From Atractiella rhizophila (lineage: Eukaryota), in contig MU271220.1 of the NCBI GenBank assembly GCA_021432655.1, forward strand, positions 110,702 through 145,042: 34,341 nucleotides of DNA. Direction: 5' to 3'. The translations under genes and the position numbers were made by a program. This document shows, piece after piece, positions 1 through 12,019 of the stretch (its first letter is position 1; every line of letters starts with the position of its first letter). The notes beneath the pieces were generated by a model. The model did not search any database. It was not told where the DNA came from and saw only the letters and a program-made list of their open reading frames with translations.

Positions 1-329
1 ACCTTATCCCTCCCCTCATCGAACTTATACACCTTCCCATACATCACATATTCATAATCATCAGCCAACCCGCTCTCGCCCGGCCGCATCAACCACGCCT
101 CGTTCGTCCTACTCTCCTGATCGGGAAACAAAGAGGAGGCGAGGGCCAATGAGAACGAATCGGAGACTTGTAGGGGATAAATCTGGGTATTCACGTCCAA
201 AGTGAGCTCCATGTCTGCGTTTCGCGAGTGGGCGCAGACTCGCGAGACCCGGTCGAACTTCTTGCCCGATGGATCGATGGTGTGCACCGAGAAAATGTCA
301 TCGAAGAGCAGCGTGGAACTCGTCGCCAT
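1..329 (-). CDS. RPB8: RNA polymerase I/II/III shared subunit RPABC3 (Rpb8), 5' part; runs off the left edge
   Basis: Not in the ORF track. ATG at 329 reads MATSSTLLFDDIFSVHTIDPSGKKFDRVSRVCAHSRNADMELTLDVNTQIYPL...GLADDYEYVMYGKVYKFDE, with the Rpb8 hallmarks LFDDIF, KFDRVSR, LTLDVN and ADDYEYVMYGKVY. Confidence 0.96.
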   Translation of the reverse strand, partial: MATSSTLLFDDIFSVHTIDPSGKKFDRVSRVCAHSRNADMELTLDVNTQIYPLQVSDSFSLALASSLFPDQESRTNEAWLMRPGESGLADDYEYVMYGKVYKFDEGRDK

Positions 330-733
330 GATGAGCTGAAGAATTCTTGATTCTTTGAAAATTTAGCAAAGTCGTGCTGCTGACTCACGTCACATGATTT
401 GAGCATCTCAAACTAAAGTGTGAACCATTCCTTTAGGTGGATCGTGGATGGAGCGAGCTGAGCACGAGCATAATGATGAGAAACGATCATATCATGGCCA
501 AGTCATATCATGTAGATGCAAGCCAATAAAATAAATGACGATGAAATCTCTCTTTGCGATGCGAATGGAATTTTGAAGAGTAGAAGTCACACAAATAACC
601 AGATCGAGAATTCAAACAGCATGATCAAGTGTACTTAATCCACAATCGAAATCGAAAGCAGAAGCATAATCATGTACGTATAACAGAAGTAAGGCGTGGA
701 GTTGAAAATCGAAATCGAAATGAGGAATGAAAA

Positions 734-3700
734 TCAGGCAGAGATAGCATTCTCTAGAAACTTTCGGAGTTTGTTCTTCGAAGTAGTCCTCGTCAGTTTT
801 TTGGGCTCTAGGGTATATGAGAGGGAATATTGATCCTATTCAGGTTTATGAAGTGAGCAACCAGTTCCAGAAAGAGATAACGGGGACAGGAAAGAATGGG
901 AGGACATGTACTCACATCCACGTTGTAAACAGGAGCGCCTTGAATCAATCGTTCGAGTCTTTCATCGATCGGAAGGTTAGGCGCGTTTCTTTCACAATCG
1001 ACCACTACCGCAGCGGCCTTCGCCATCTGGTGAAATTTGGTCCAGTTCACTTGACCGTCCCTCATATCACTCTTGAGCTCATTGATCGTGGTAATATCTT
1101 GCAAATGGACTCCGCTGGAGCCATCAATCTTTCAGCATTCGCAATGGAGTAAAGGAAGGATGGGACTGACAGGTAAGGCACCACTTGCTCGTCGCTCACG
1201 CTCAACGCCAACCGATAAGCAGCGAAGGCCTTCTGAGATCCCATGAGCCTCTTCAGACTGAGGTACTTTTTGTGAATCGGCTTCGGTTTAACCAAGTTTT
1301 TTGGGCTCTAGGGTATATGAGAGGGAATATTGATCCTATTCAGGTTTATGAAGTGAGCAACCAGTTCCAGAAAGAGATTACGGGGACGGAAAAGAATGGG
1401 AGGACATGTACTCACATCCACGTTGTAAACAGGAGCGCCTTGAATCAATCGTTCGAGTCTTTCATCGATCGGAAGGTTAGGCGCGTTTCTTTCACAATCG
1501 ACCACTACCGCAGCGGCCTTCGCCATCTGGTGAAATTTGGTCCAGTTCACTTGACCATCCCTCATATCACTCTTGAGCTCATTGATCGTGGTAATATCTT
1601 GCAAATGGACTCCGCTGCAGCCATCAATCTTTCAGCATTCGCAATGGAGTAAAGGCAAGACGGGGACTGACAGGTAAGGTACCACTTGCTCGTCGCTCAC
1701 GCTCAACGCCAACCGATAAGCAGCGAAGGCCTTCTGAGATCCCATGAGCCTCTTCAGACTGAGGTACTTTTTGTGAATCGGCTTCGGTTTAACCAAATCC
1801 CATGTCTGCGACAGTCGAAAAACGGGTTGTGAACCGAGACCCATGAGAATGCCCATTAATGCGTCGAAGTTGTCTCGCGCTCGGAGGGCATAAGCGAGAG
1901 AAATGACTTTTTCCAACATCCGTGTTCGCTGTTTGAGCTTGGATTGGGAAATGATGAGTGAGATCGCCCTAAGATCCAACATCAGTCGTAATGTAACAGG
2001 CAGAACCGGATAGACATACCAATCGCTGAGGTAGTTGGTAAAGTCGAAAGACCTCTGTACGGGCCCATGCTTGTCACGAAGAACGGCTTTGGGATCCCTA
2101 GGATCGCTGGGAGCGAGGACATAACGGATGAGGTCTCTCGGCTGCATTAGTGTTCAGTTTTTCGTTTCATCAACTGATGTAAGCAGACGCACCTTTATAT
2201 TTTCAAAGCTCATCCAGGTCAACCTAGAAATCTGCTCCGCAATGGCATCCTCGGGCACGTCCAAGATGTAATTGGCTATATCCATCATGTTCAATGTCTC
2301 CGATCGCATCATGGAGAAGCCCCTCTTGCTCCTATCGCTACTCTGCGTATCATAGGTCGGCGCATCCGACGCGCTCCTATCCCTATTCCCAACGAACGGC
2401 GGCTTCGGTGTAGTCCCTGGCGTGGCATTCGACACCCTCGAACTTTGAGCAGACGCATCCGCATTCGAGGTCGAAGGTACGGTGAGATGGGTGAGAGAAC
2501 CGCTCCCACTGCCGTGCCCTTGAAGAGGACTCGAAGAGACCGACACCTCCGTCGTCGCCAGTGAGGTGGCGGATTGTTTCCTTGGCGGACCACTAGAGAA
2601 CATGTCGTCGTTGGGGAAGTCGTCGGGCTCGATGAAATCTGGCAATCCCCAAGATGATTCTGGGTCGGAGAGCCTCTTGACATAAGGAAGAAAAGGGAAG
2701 ATGGAGAGGGCGTAGTGGATCACATGCGTTATTCCCTCGTTGAAGATACGAGTGAGGAATGTTTTGAGCATTCGAAACGTGGATGGTCCGCTAAAGTCGC
2801 CTGGGTAATTGCTGATCCAAAAATGAAGACAATCGCATAATCTGCATTCCCAATCAATGAAAGCCACACAAAGCGGGAAGAGCGCTACTTCATCTGTACA
2901 AATCTACTGAGCACGGGATCCGTCCCCATCCTCATCGTCACCATTTTGAAGCGTTCTAATAATGCTGACAGGACATGATACGGAGTCGTAAACTTTCGGA
3001 AACATATGATAAAGCACACTGTGTACTGAACATCTGCGAGGTAGTCAGTTTACGATGGAAAAGCACCAATTACTACACAGATAGTCAGTTATCAGGTAAG
3101 AAGCTCACCATTGCCAGTGACAGAGGCATGCAAAAACTTGTCAATAATGATCTTCTTGTCGAAATACATATCGCCAGCTTGTCTAAATCGCATTTATCAT
3201 CAGCACATCTCTCGCACACGGAGGCAAGATCGATCATACGACAAAGCGGCGGGGTCCGGTAAACTTGACGCTCCAACCTCTGGCGGAGCCCCAGTTGCCA
3301 TTTGTGCCTCGAAGCCGACCTTTCCCTCTTCGGTCGATTCGGCGGTATCATCGTCCTCCCCTCCTTCCTCCTTTTCCGGTTCCACTTCTTCCTCGTCCGC
3401 CGTCCCCTCTTCTACTGCAGCCAGTCTAGCTATCACCACCGATTCCCTTTCTCCACCACCTTCCTTCTCGCGGTCCGAATCCACGTCTCCGATGGACTTG
3501 AGATCACTTGATTCGGACGGAGGTGAGGAAGGTGGCAGCCTCTTCTTCTTACTTCCACCACCAGAACTCGAAGTCCAAGAGTGCTTCATGGTCACCGTGG
3601 TGTCAGGGGACGTAGGTCGGGAGGAATCGGGAGAGAACTGCTGTTGTCGATGTACTGAAACGCTGGCCGAAGAGCCCGGACGGTGAATGTTGCCTGGGCG

Positions 3701-6700
3701 TTGGTATAAGCATGAATTGGAAGGGAAGCAGTGCATGTGGCTCACCTCGGTTCTGAAGGATGGTCTTGATGATCCACTTGAAGCTCTGGCTCATCTTCTT
3801 CTGCGGATCCTCCACTCCCCCATCTAGCATCACGATCCCCGTCCCGAAAACATTACAAGCCTCAGCGGCTTTCAAAGGGTCGGTCTTGTTGAGTGCAGGG
3901 TCGGTCGGAGACTTGCAAGCGAGGACGATCATAGGTACCTCTTTCCCGCGTGTCCAGAAAGAATCTGTCCATCACACTGCTCAGTAAAAACGGTTCGCTG
4001 ATAAGAAAGATGAAAATGGACATACGGAGGAGAGTGGCAAGGGTATGGATCGCACGTGGATCGGTGGCATCGTAACAGATCATGGCACCGTCCAATTGTG
4101 GGAGGTTGTCCGGCCAAACGACGCCCTGATCGGTGTACGAGAGCATGGACATATCAATCTCGAGGACTTCTACGATCCTATTGTGACCTTGGAGAGGCAT
4201 CAAGGACGTGATAGACATGACTTTTGCCCACAACAAGGATGGGAAGTCAGCATGACAGTTTCGAACGAGCAAGAAATCTTTAAAAATGGAGAGACACGCA
4301 CTTTTGCTTCCATCCTCATCCTCCTGCAACACAGTCGGCTGACCCACCCACCTCTTCACTCCCTTCTTGATCACCGTGCTCTTCCCCACTCCTCTCGGAC
4401 CGACGACGGCGACGACGAGGTCGACGTTGGTCAAGACACCATCAATCATCTTCTGTCTCACCGGCGGCGGATCCCTTCCCTCCCTACTCGATCCCACCGC
4501 GAATGCAGGGAGGATATATTTCGAGTTCTCCTCCTCGAACCCTTTGGAACCCTTCTTCGATCCCGCATTGTTCCTCTTCGGCTGCTTCGACACGCTAGGA
4601 GATCGGGATGGTGGAGACACACCCAGAGAGGACGGGAGACCACTCGACAGCAGCGTGTCCGATACGCTCCTTCCTCTGCTTGTGGGACGCTTGGTGATAG
4701 CAACAGGAGCCAAGGGGGAAGGAGCATTGGGCGTTCCCGTCCCCGCTCCTGTGCCTGTCGCAGTGGATGGAGGGGTAAAGAACACGTCCTTCTCCTTCTC
4801 CTTTTCGCTTTCCTTTTCGCTTTCCTTCCTCCCTCCCTTCTCTCCTCCTCTCCCTCCCATCTGCAAGTTCCCCAAGCTAGCCGAATTCGGTTGGTTCTTG
4901 ACCAACCGCGCCTTCGCCCCAGTGGGATCAAACGCGATACCCTCCGAGATAGACCTCTCCAAAAACCTTTCTGCCAACCTCGCTCCCTCTGCCACTTCTC
5001 CTTCTCCAGCGTCATCCTCCTCTCCCTCCTCCTCATCTTCATCTTCCGTTGCACCAGCATCGACATCGAACGTGAAGCTCTCTCTGGCGAGCCATCCCTT
5101 CCCCACCTCCTCCTCTTCCTCATCGCTCTCTTCCTCCTTCCCCGTCCCCGTCTCAATCTTATTTCCAGAAACAAGAGGTACAGACTGCGTGGCGCGCATG
5201 GGAGGCAACGGGCGTTTGGGCGGTTGAGCAGTGGTAGGCGATGGAGCGGTAAGGTAAGAGGTGGTGGAGAGGCGTTTGGAGTCTAGTTCCGAGTCTTCGT
5301 TCTGTGATTGCGTTTGCGTTTGAGTTCTCGTTTGACACAGTGCTTGAGATTGACATTGAGTTTGAAGTTGAGGTTGAGTTAAAGGGAGAGGTTGCGAGAG
5401 GGATGGAATGTGATTTGAGGTCGGACGTGAATCAAAAGAGACGGAAGTGCGAATGTAAGAAGTGGGCGACTCCGAATCGACACCTGTTCCCACGCCAGTA
5501 CCCGTACTGGAACCCACATTCGCATGACTGTGGGAGGTCAAAAGGTCAAAAGACAATTTAGAAGCGACCGTTTCCCTCTCCCTCTCCTTTTCCTTCTCTT
5601 TCGATGTCACACTCCCCAAGCTACTCAAGCTACCCAAACTAGGCGGAGGGATCCTTTTAAGCACGTTCCCACTCCCACTTCCATTCGAATTCGAAGTAGA
5701 ATTCGTACTCGCCTCCCTCAAACTCCCCTTCGACTTCCTCCCAACAGGCGCCGGAGCCTTCGACTCCACACTTGCACTCTGACCCTCGTTCTGATAAGCG
5801 AGTTTGATGGGACTATAAGGGGGTATATTCGGCAGTCCCTCCCCTCCGCTCCCCCTGGTTACACCACTCACACCCCCACCCACGGCGGCAGCAGAGGCCA
5901 CTCTATCTCTATCGGACGCATTGGAGCCCACTCTCTCCCTTTCCTTTTCAGCCACGACAGCGCTCGCTCTCGAGCTCGACAAGCTCATCGGTTGGCTCCC
6001 TCCACCCGCTCCGGCAGCTGCCGTTGCCGGCGTCACGCTCCCATTAGAGGAGGAAGAAGATCCCGCTGCGGCTTTAGGGTCTCTTGCGAGGTACTCTAGC
6101 AACATTGGAGGGACAGCAGGAAGCTGGGACTGGTTTATCCTCGGCTCAAACTGTTTCGTCGTCGACGAGACCGATTTTGCGCTTTTGAGCGACGCCGGTC
6201 TTCCTGTCCCTGCACCGGAGACGGAGGCGGAGGTAGAGGGTGTGCTGGAGAGTTGAGAGTCTTTGGATTCGAAGCGGGAGAGGGAGGATGGAGGGTTTGG
6301 AGGTGTGGGGGTGGGAGTGATGATCATCTCCTTCTCTTCGTCTTCCCTCTCCGTTCCTCTCCTCCTCAAACTCCCATTCCCATTCCCATTTCCTTTCAAT
6401 TCCGCTCTCTCCACTCGAGGGCTTTCTGGTGCACTACCCGTTCCACTCCCACCAAACAGGGGAAGAGTAGCGCTCTTCCTACCCCCGAGCGAGCTCTTCG
6501 TCCTACTCCTCTCTCCACTCCCACTCCCCCCACCCGAACTCGAAGAAAACCTAGATCCATACCCAGACAACCTCCTATCCCTATCCCTCTCCTCGCGGTC
6601 GCGTTCACGGTCCCTGTCCCTATCACGCGACGAAAAGAGTGTACCTCCAAAATCCGACGATGGAATTGGATATCGAGGAAGAGGATGACTCGGAGGAGTC

Positions 6701-7192
6701 GTGTAAGTGTGAGAGGGAAGAGGTGGGCGAGAGGGAGTGACGGAAGAGGTTGGGGTCCCGAAAGTGTCGTGGTGTCCCAACAGCAACGGCGGGACTTGAG
6801 GACGACGATCGCTCCGACTCTGGTTGCTGGGGAGCAGTGGGCTGGTTGGAGTGATGAGAGGACGAGGATTGTGAGCGTGAGAAACGGAAGAAAGACATGT
6901 GCTACACCCATCCGATTGCATTCGTTGGCACCCACTTGCACTTGTTGGCTCTCAGAAAATGGACTCACAGATAAATATCGTTGCTGGCACTTATAACTTT
7001 TTCGTGCTCCTGGCCGTAACCACTAGGGACCAGGCTAGGATAAGAAGGGATAGGGGATGGGGTGGATGGTGGATGGGAAGTGGATTGGAGTTTCGTGATG
7101 GTCGTTCGTCTGTTCCAACCACCGAAAACCTTTTCGTCTTCTCGTCTGCTGCTGCTTCTCAAATATACTCTAATGCTTCTTTGGAATATCAT
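734..7192 (-). CDS. Multi-exon Ras guanine-nucleotide exchange factor (REM + CDC25-type GEF domain) with a degenerate Ras-like P-loop domain and a long disordered N-terminus
   Basis: P-loop VAVVGPRGVGKST (~4360-4400). REM-like LHFWISNYPGDF (~2800-2830). RasGEF motifs IAEQISRLTW, NFDALMGILMGLGSQPVFRLSQTW, VVPYL and VNWTKFHQMA. The last exon after an AG at ~836 reads DQYSLSYTLEPKKLTRTTSKNKLRKFLENAISA* (TGA at 736-734). An intron at 6968-~6902 joins ORF 6965..7192 in frame. The true start is uncertain and may lie as far up as 7565. The 3' part contains the 500-bp duplication. Confidence 0.85.
795..1796. repeat. Tandem duplication A: 795-1294 and 1295-1796, ~500 bp, diverged
   Basis: AGTTTTTTGGGCTCTAGGG starts at both 795 and 1295, and both copies end ...CTTCGGTTTAACCA. 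There are about ten substitutions plus one 1-nt indel. Confidence 0.97.
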
Positions 7193-7684
7193 TAATCATG
7201 AGGATAATATACGTTAACCTATTACAGTATATTGCTGAGCATAAATCAGCTTAAAAAATATCATCGTCCTCCAATACAAATACCTCATCACTTAAGTTAT
7301 ATCCTTCGGGTTCCTTGCTTCCTTTCCATCCAATTATGATTAGCATTTTGATGATGCACTCGCATACCCACATCAACATCCCGATCCTCCTTACAGACAT
7401 AGAAAAGAATACGCATCCAATCACCTTCCTCCCTCCCCAACCGAATCCGCCGCAGCAACAGAGGAGCGGATGGCGCGGAAATCTAATCAGATCGCTCAAA
7501 CCACGCCGGATGGACTCCTCATTCGACCTCGCCCTCAGCTTCGCTGGCAGGTTCGCGGCATCCAAGCACAGAAGTATAAAAGCCAGTATCCAAGCGCGTC
7601 GGAGCCTGACCTTGTCCGAGGAGAGCGTGACGGACGATGTTCGCCAGCTTGGTTCAACTCTTCTATCGCCTCCTCAGCTCCATC

Positions 7685-9347
7685 ATGTCCACCAAATCCA
7701 TATCTGGTGAACAGTCAGAGGACAGAAGTGAAAGCGCCAAGGAAAAGAAAAACATAATAGTAGTAGGCCTCCAATCCGGCACGCTCCTCTCCTCCCTCCT
7801 CCTCCGCTCCTCTTCCTTCCCCCACCATACCCACCGCATCATAGGCATCGACGAGCGCACCGTCGCCTACTGGTCCATCGGCTCTTTACGTGCGGCAACC
7901 GTCCCGGGATGGGAGGAGAAGGTCGTGGGATCGTTTGGGTTGGGCACCTCGGGTATTTTTGGTCGGTGGGGAGAGTTGAAGAGGAAGGGAGAGGGAGATC
8001 ATGTCCTTTTGGTAGGATGGAGGGTAGAAGAAATCCTTTGGGAGGAGAAGAGGGTTCGTGTGCGCAATTTGCATCCGAAGAAATCGAAATCTACGAAATC
8101 ATCAGAATCTTCGAAATCTCCAGAACTAGAAAGTGAGGAGGCAGGTGAGGAGGACGAGGAAGAGAAGTTGATAGAATGGGACCACCTCGTCCTCTGCACC
8201 GTGAGTCCTCCTCCCGTCTCTGTCCCTCAGAAAACATCAATATCACTGATGAGGATATAACAAGGGATCGACTTACCCATTTCCCTGCCAACCCGACCCT
8301 TCATCTCCAACAAACACCACAAGGGAATCCATCCTTTCCTCCCTCCGCTCCCTCCAAGCTTCCATCTCCAACGCGCACTCCATCCTCCTCCTAGGTGGGG
8401 GACCAGTAGGCATCGAATGGGCAGGAGAGAGTGAGTCCTCCATCCTACCCTCCTTCTTTCCTTCTCCATCGAAAAGCTCACAATCTGACAAAACGGATGA
8501 CTGGAAATGGGATAGTCAAAGCGCACCACCCATCGAAACAAGTCACCGTCCTGTCATCCTCCGCCTCCCTCCTTCCGAAAAAGACTGATCCAAAATACGA
8601 CCCCCGGTTTGGCGAACGATGCACTGCCAGTCTACGACAGATGGGCATCGATCTCATCCTAGGAGAACGTGCGATGAACGTGAGTGAAGACGGAAAGACG
8701 GTTGTGACGAACCAAGGGCGGGAGTTGCAGGGTATCTTCCCTTTATCTTTCCCACCAAAGAAGCTAACGTAAATGTAAATGATGTGTGATGTGAAGCCGA
8801 CCTCGTTCTCAAAGCATACGGATCCGCCCCCCGCTCCTCACTCCTCCAAACTTCGAAATCCGACTCTCTAGACTCGAACAGTCGGATCAAAGTGGACGAG
8901 CACCTTCGAGTGGTAGGAATGGAGGAAGACAACGTGTGGGCGATGGGTGATGTGACTTCGATTCCCGTTCGTCCCCCTTCCTCCCACATCCACAACATCC
9001 TCTGATGAGCAAGGGGAACGTAGGAGCTAAAACTCGCCCGCTGGGCTTACCAGCACGCTCGCATCGTCTCTTACAACATCGTCACCTCCATCTCCTCTTC
9101 CTCCCAGTCCCAGTCCCATTCAGAAGTGAGAAGAAGAAAATTGAAGACGTACAAGCCCTCATTCATGGTCCAAGAAGTCTCTATAGGTCCGGAGAGGGGA
9201 CATGGACAGATCGGAATGTTCATGATGGCCCAATGGCTCGTCGTTTGGGCTTTCTGTCGCGACCTGGGGACGAAAATGTTTCGCAAGATCTGGCCTGAAC
9301 CCGTCAACGAGGACGAAGACGATGCTCGAGCCGATGCTCAAGACTAA
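7685..9347 (+). CDS. AIF/AMID (FSP1)-like FAD/NAD(P)H-dependent oxidoreductase, multi-exon
   Basis: Spliced motifs: KNIIVVG; WDHLVLCT|GSTYPFP; SILLLGGGPVGIEWAGE (NAD-binding); ADLVLKAYG; RIKVDEHLRVVG...NVWAMGDV (GD motif); C-terminal VSIGPERGHGQ. Stop at 9347. Confidence 0.88.
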
Positions 9348-9554
9348 GGAAGCTCGTGCGTGGGTCAGTAATATAACGTGAAAGAGGAATTTGAGTGTTA
9401 GGATATGTTTTGTTTACTTACAACGTACAATATGGTGGTGGTGGTATCATGGAGGTCAAATGAGGAAGGAGAGTCTAGATTGAATTGCATTCGTTTTGTG
9501 ATGGGCGATTGGTACGATACATCAGTCGTTGATTCGTCGTCAGACAATGTTTTT

Positions 9555-11131
9555 TCACACAGCGTGTCCACTGATGAAGAACCACTTATCGACTGTTCCC
9601 ATTCATCAATGTCTCCACTTTTGAGAGGCAGAGAAAGGAAAAGGAGGACGAACTGGAAGGATCGACGGGCGCAGGAGGCTTCCTGCTATCCTGGGGCAAG
9701 CTGGTATACGCCGGATCGCTCGTGGATACCTTTCCAGGTCCGTCTGCGTGCAAGTTGAGCCTACGTTTCCCATCGCACATCAGAACGTTACAAATTAATG
9801 AGAAGGAGAGAGGGAGGAGACGAACAAAGAGATTTCGCTCGCGGTTTGGCCGGAAATCAAGCGCTTCCAAGCCTCGTGACATTCGTGAATGATCTCAATC
9901 GCGTATTTCTTGTTCTTCGCCTCTCCAGAGAAAGCAAACTGGTTCTCAGGTTTGCCGTCAGGGATCTTGTAGATCCTATCCATCCATCCCACCGGTTACC
10001 AACCCAAAATCTCAAATTTTGGAAAGACGTACCTGAACCACTCGTTCGTGGCACGGATCAGACCAGGCAGTTGCCTCTCCACATCTTCGATATCGTTCAA
10101 CCTGCTGGCCATGGGATCGTTGACGTCCACAACGATGACCTTCCAATCCGTCTCTCCCTCATCCAAAAGAGCCATGATACCCAGGACCTTGACTTGCTTG
10201 ATTTGTCCTGACCATTGATATTCAATCAGATCGGAGCGCCAGGAGTGTCAGGGAGAAGAAACTCACCAGTGTGTCCGACTGCCTCACCAATCTCGCACAC
10301 ATCCAAAGGATCGTTATCGCCTCGCGCCTTCGTTTCCGGATGTACAGAATTAGGGTCTTCCCAAGTCTATCAATCAGCGATCAACGTTATTTCCACCCGT
10401 AATCCATGATGGCGTGGTAGAAACCGAACCTGAGGGAAAGCGCCATAGTTGTGAATACTAATCCATCTATCAATTCAATGATCACAGATAATATAATGGA
10501 GAGGACGAACTAGCCATGGTGAGGGAAGCAATTGCGAACGTATCGGAGCTTTCCCTTCTTTGTATCCTGAATGATGGGATTGAAAGGTTCTCCCTATACG
10601 CCAATCGATGAAAAAGCATCAAGTAGCGATCAAGTGTCGTGGAATGGGAGAGGAATCACCTTGCTGATCTCCATTTTAGCGTTGGTCCATCTCGGGACCT
10701 CAACTACCATATTGAGGATCGTCTTGGCTTCATTCGCAAAAAGGGGACTGGAGACAACCCAACCATAAGCTGAGGTGTTCGATCGATGGCTTGGATAGGG
10801 GAGAGCAGAGGGTGAAAGGAGGAACGAACATGTCGTGGAAGCCAGAGATGGTCTTTCCATTTTGAGAGATGAATACCCTGTGCTCTATCCATCCCAACCC
10901 CCATCGACAATGTAGTCAACACCCTTCCCGATGCCGCCATGGCAAAGCTCCAAGAGGAATGAAGAGCTTACCAAAGGTGTTGGCAGCGCCAACGATCTTA
11001 GTTCCGTATTCAGAAGTCATTTTTGGTGGTGCTGAAGCTGCTGCTGCTGCGAAGGAAGTGGACGCAGAATGGGAAGATGGTGGTTTGAGAAAGTTGACTT
11101 GCTGCTGCAGCCGCGCCAAAGGTTTGCTCAT
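9555..11131 (-). CDS. IPP1: Family I inorganic pyrophosphatase, multi-exon, with an N-terminal extension
   Basis: [68 protein letters not shown] (PPase signature); [18 protein letters not shown]-terminus [11 protein letters not shown] (TGA 9557-9555). In-frame ATGs at 11131 and 11020. Confidence 0.96.
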
Positions 11132-11233
11132 ATGCCCCCCTCTGGCTATACTGCCGCCAATGCTTCCAGCAGACTTGGTCAGTATTCTGGAAGCCAGCTG
11201 TGCTAAAACTACTGCGAGTCTCTTTAAAAGGCT

Positions 11234-11245
11234 CTTATATATAAG
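11234..11245. promoter_or_regulatory. Palindromic TATA-like element in the IPP1 / bS21m divergent promoter (duplicate at 11931-11942)
   Basis: CTTATATATAAG is a perfect 12-bp palindrome giving TATATAA on both strands, between ATG 11131 (-) and ATG 11323 (+). Confidence 0.5.
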
Positions 11246-11322
11246 GCACAAATTGTTCGAATCGTCGTTTTGGGACTGCTAGTCGGATCCGTAAACAACA
11301 AATGAAAGCGTGAAAAACGACG

Positions 11323-11675
11323 ATGGATCGACTTCTACGGCTCTCTCTGCCTTCCCTGTCCTTACGACCCACACCATCTCTGCAAGTGGTACCTTTTCTG
11401 CGCTCAGCCGCGTCATTCCAACCAGCACGACACCAGTCAACCTCCCGTCAAGCGCAGGCACTGAAGAACGTCCAGACACTCCGAGACGTCGAAGCGCTCT
11501 CTCCCCGCTCTCCCTACGGCTCACGCAACCCCTTCTCTCCCACCTCAAACTCTCCCGTCTTCGTCTCTCGACAGCCCATCGACAAAAACAAGGAGTTCCA
11601 ACGACTGGGAGACGCCTTCGCGACCCACATCGCCAATTCGACGCCTTATACGGGCAGGACGAGGGAAGTGAGGAA
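11323..11675 (+). pseudogene. 3'-truncated copy of the bS21m gene, lacking the S21 domain; probably an allelic fragment
   Basis: Matches 12020-12372 up to ...GRTREVR, then reads through the junction into antisense IPP1 sequence. Confidence 0.7.
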
Positions 11676-11828
11676 GTTGGCAGCGCCAACGATCTTAGTT
11701 CCGTATTCAGAAGTCATTTTTGGTGGTGCTGAAGCTGCTGCTGCTGCGAAGGAAGTGGACGCAGAATGGGAAGATGGTGGTTTGAGAAAGTTGACTTGCT
11801 GCTGCAGCCGCGCCAAAGGTTTGCTCAT
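11676..11828 (-). pseudogene. Orphan copy of IPP1 exon 1, cut before its splice donor
   Basis: [10 protein letters not shown]...GTKIVGAAN is identical to 11131-10979 but is followed by bS21m antisense sequence instead of TFG|gtaag. Confidence 0.7.
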
Positions 11829-12019
11829 ATGCCCCCCTCTGGCTATACTGCCGCCAATGCTTCCAGCAGACTTGGTCAGTATTCTGGAAGCCAGCTGTGC
11901 TAAAACTACTGCGAGTCTCTTTAAAAGGCTCTTATATATAAGGCACAAATTGTTCGAATCGTCGTTTTGGGACTGCTAGTCGGATCCGAAGACAGCAAAT
12001 GAACGCGTGAAAAACGACG

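Noticed and set aside
623..633. GATCAAGTGTA, resembling part of U2 snRNA
   Set aside because: The flanking U2 sequence (GCCTTTTGGCTAA, GTATCTGTTC) and Sm site are absent; it lies downstream of the RasGEF stop, probably in the 3' UTR.
644..733. Short AATCGA/GAAATC repeats
   Set aside because: Low-copy simple repeats in the RasGEF 3' UTR with no further structure.
4045..6996. Several long + strand ORFs (413, 286, 191, 247 aa)
   Set aside because: Antisense to the low-complexity exon of the RasGEF gene, with no recognisable domain.
11323..11979. 218-aa ORF as a novel protein
   Set aside because: Chimera created by the duplication junction: bS21m N-terminus plus antisense IPP1/promoter sequence.
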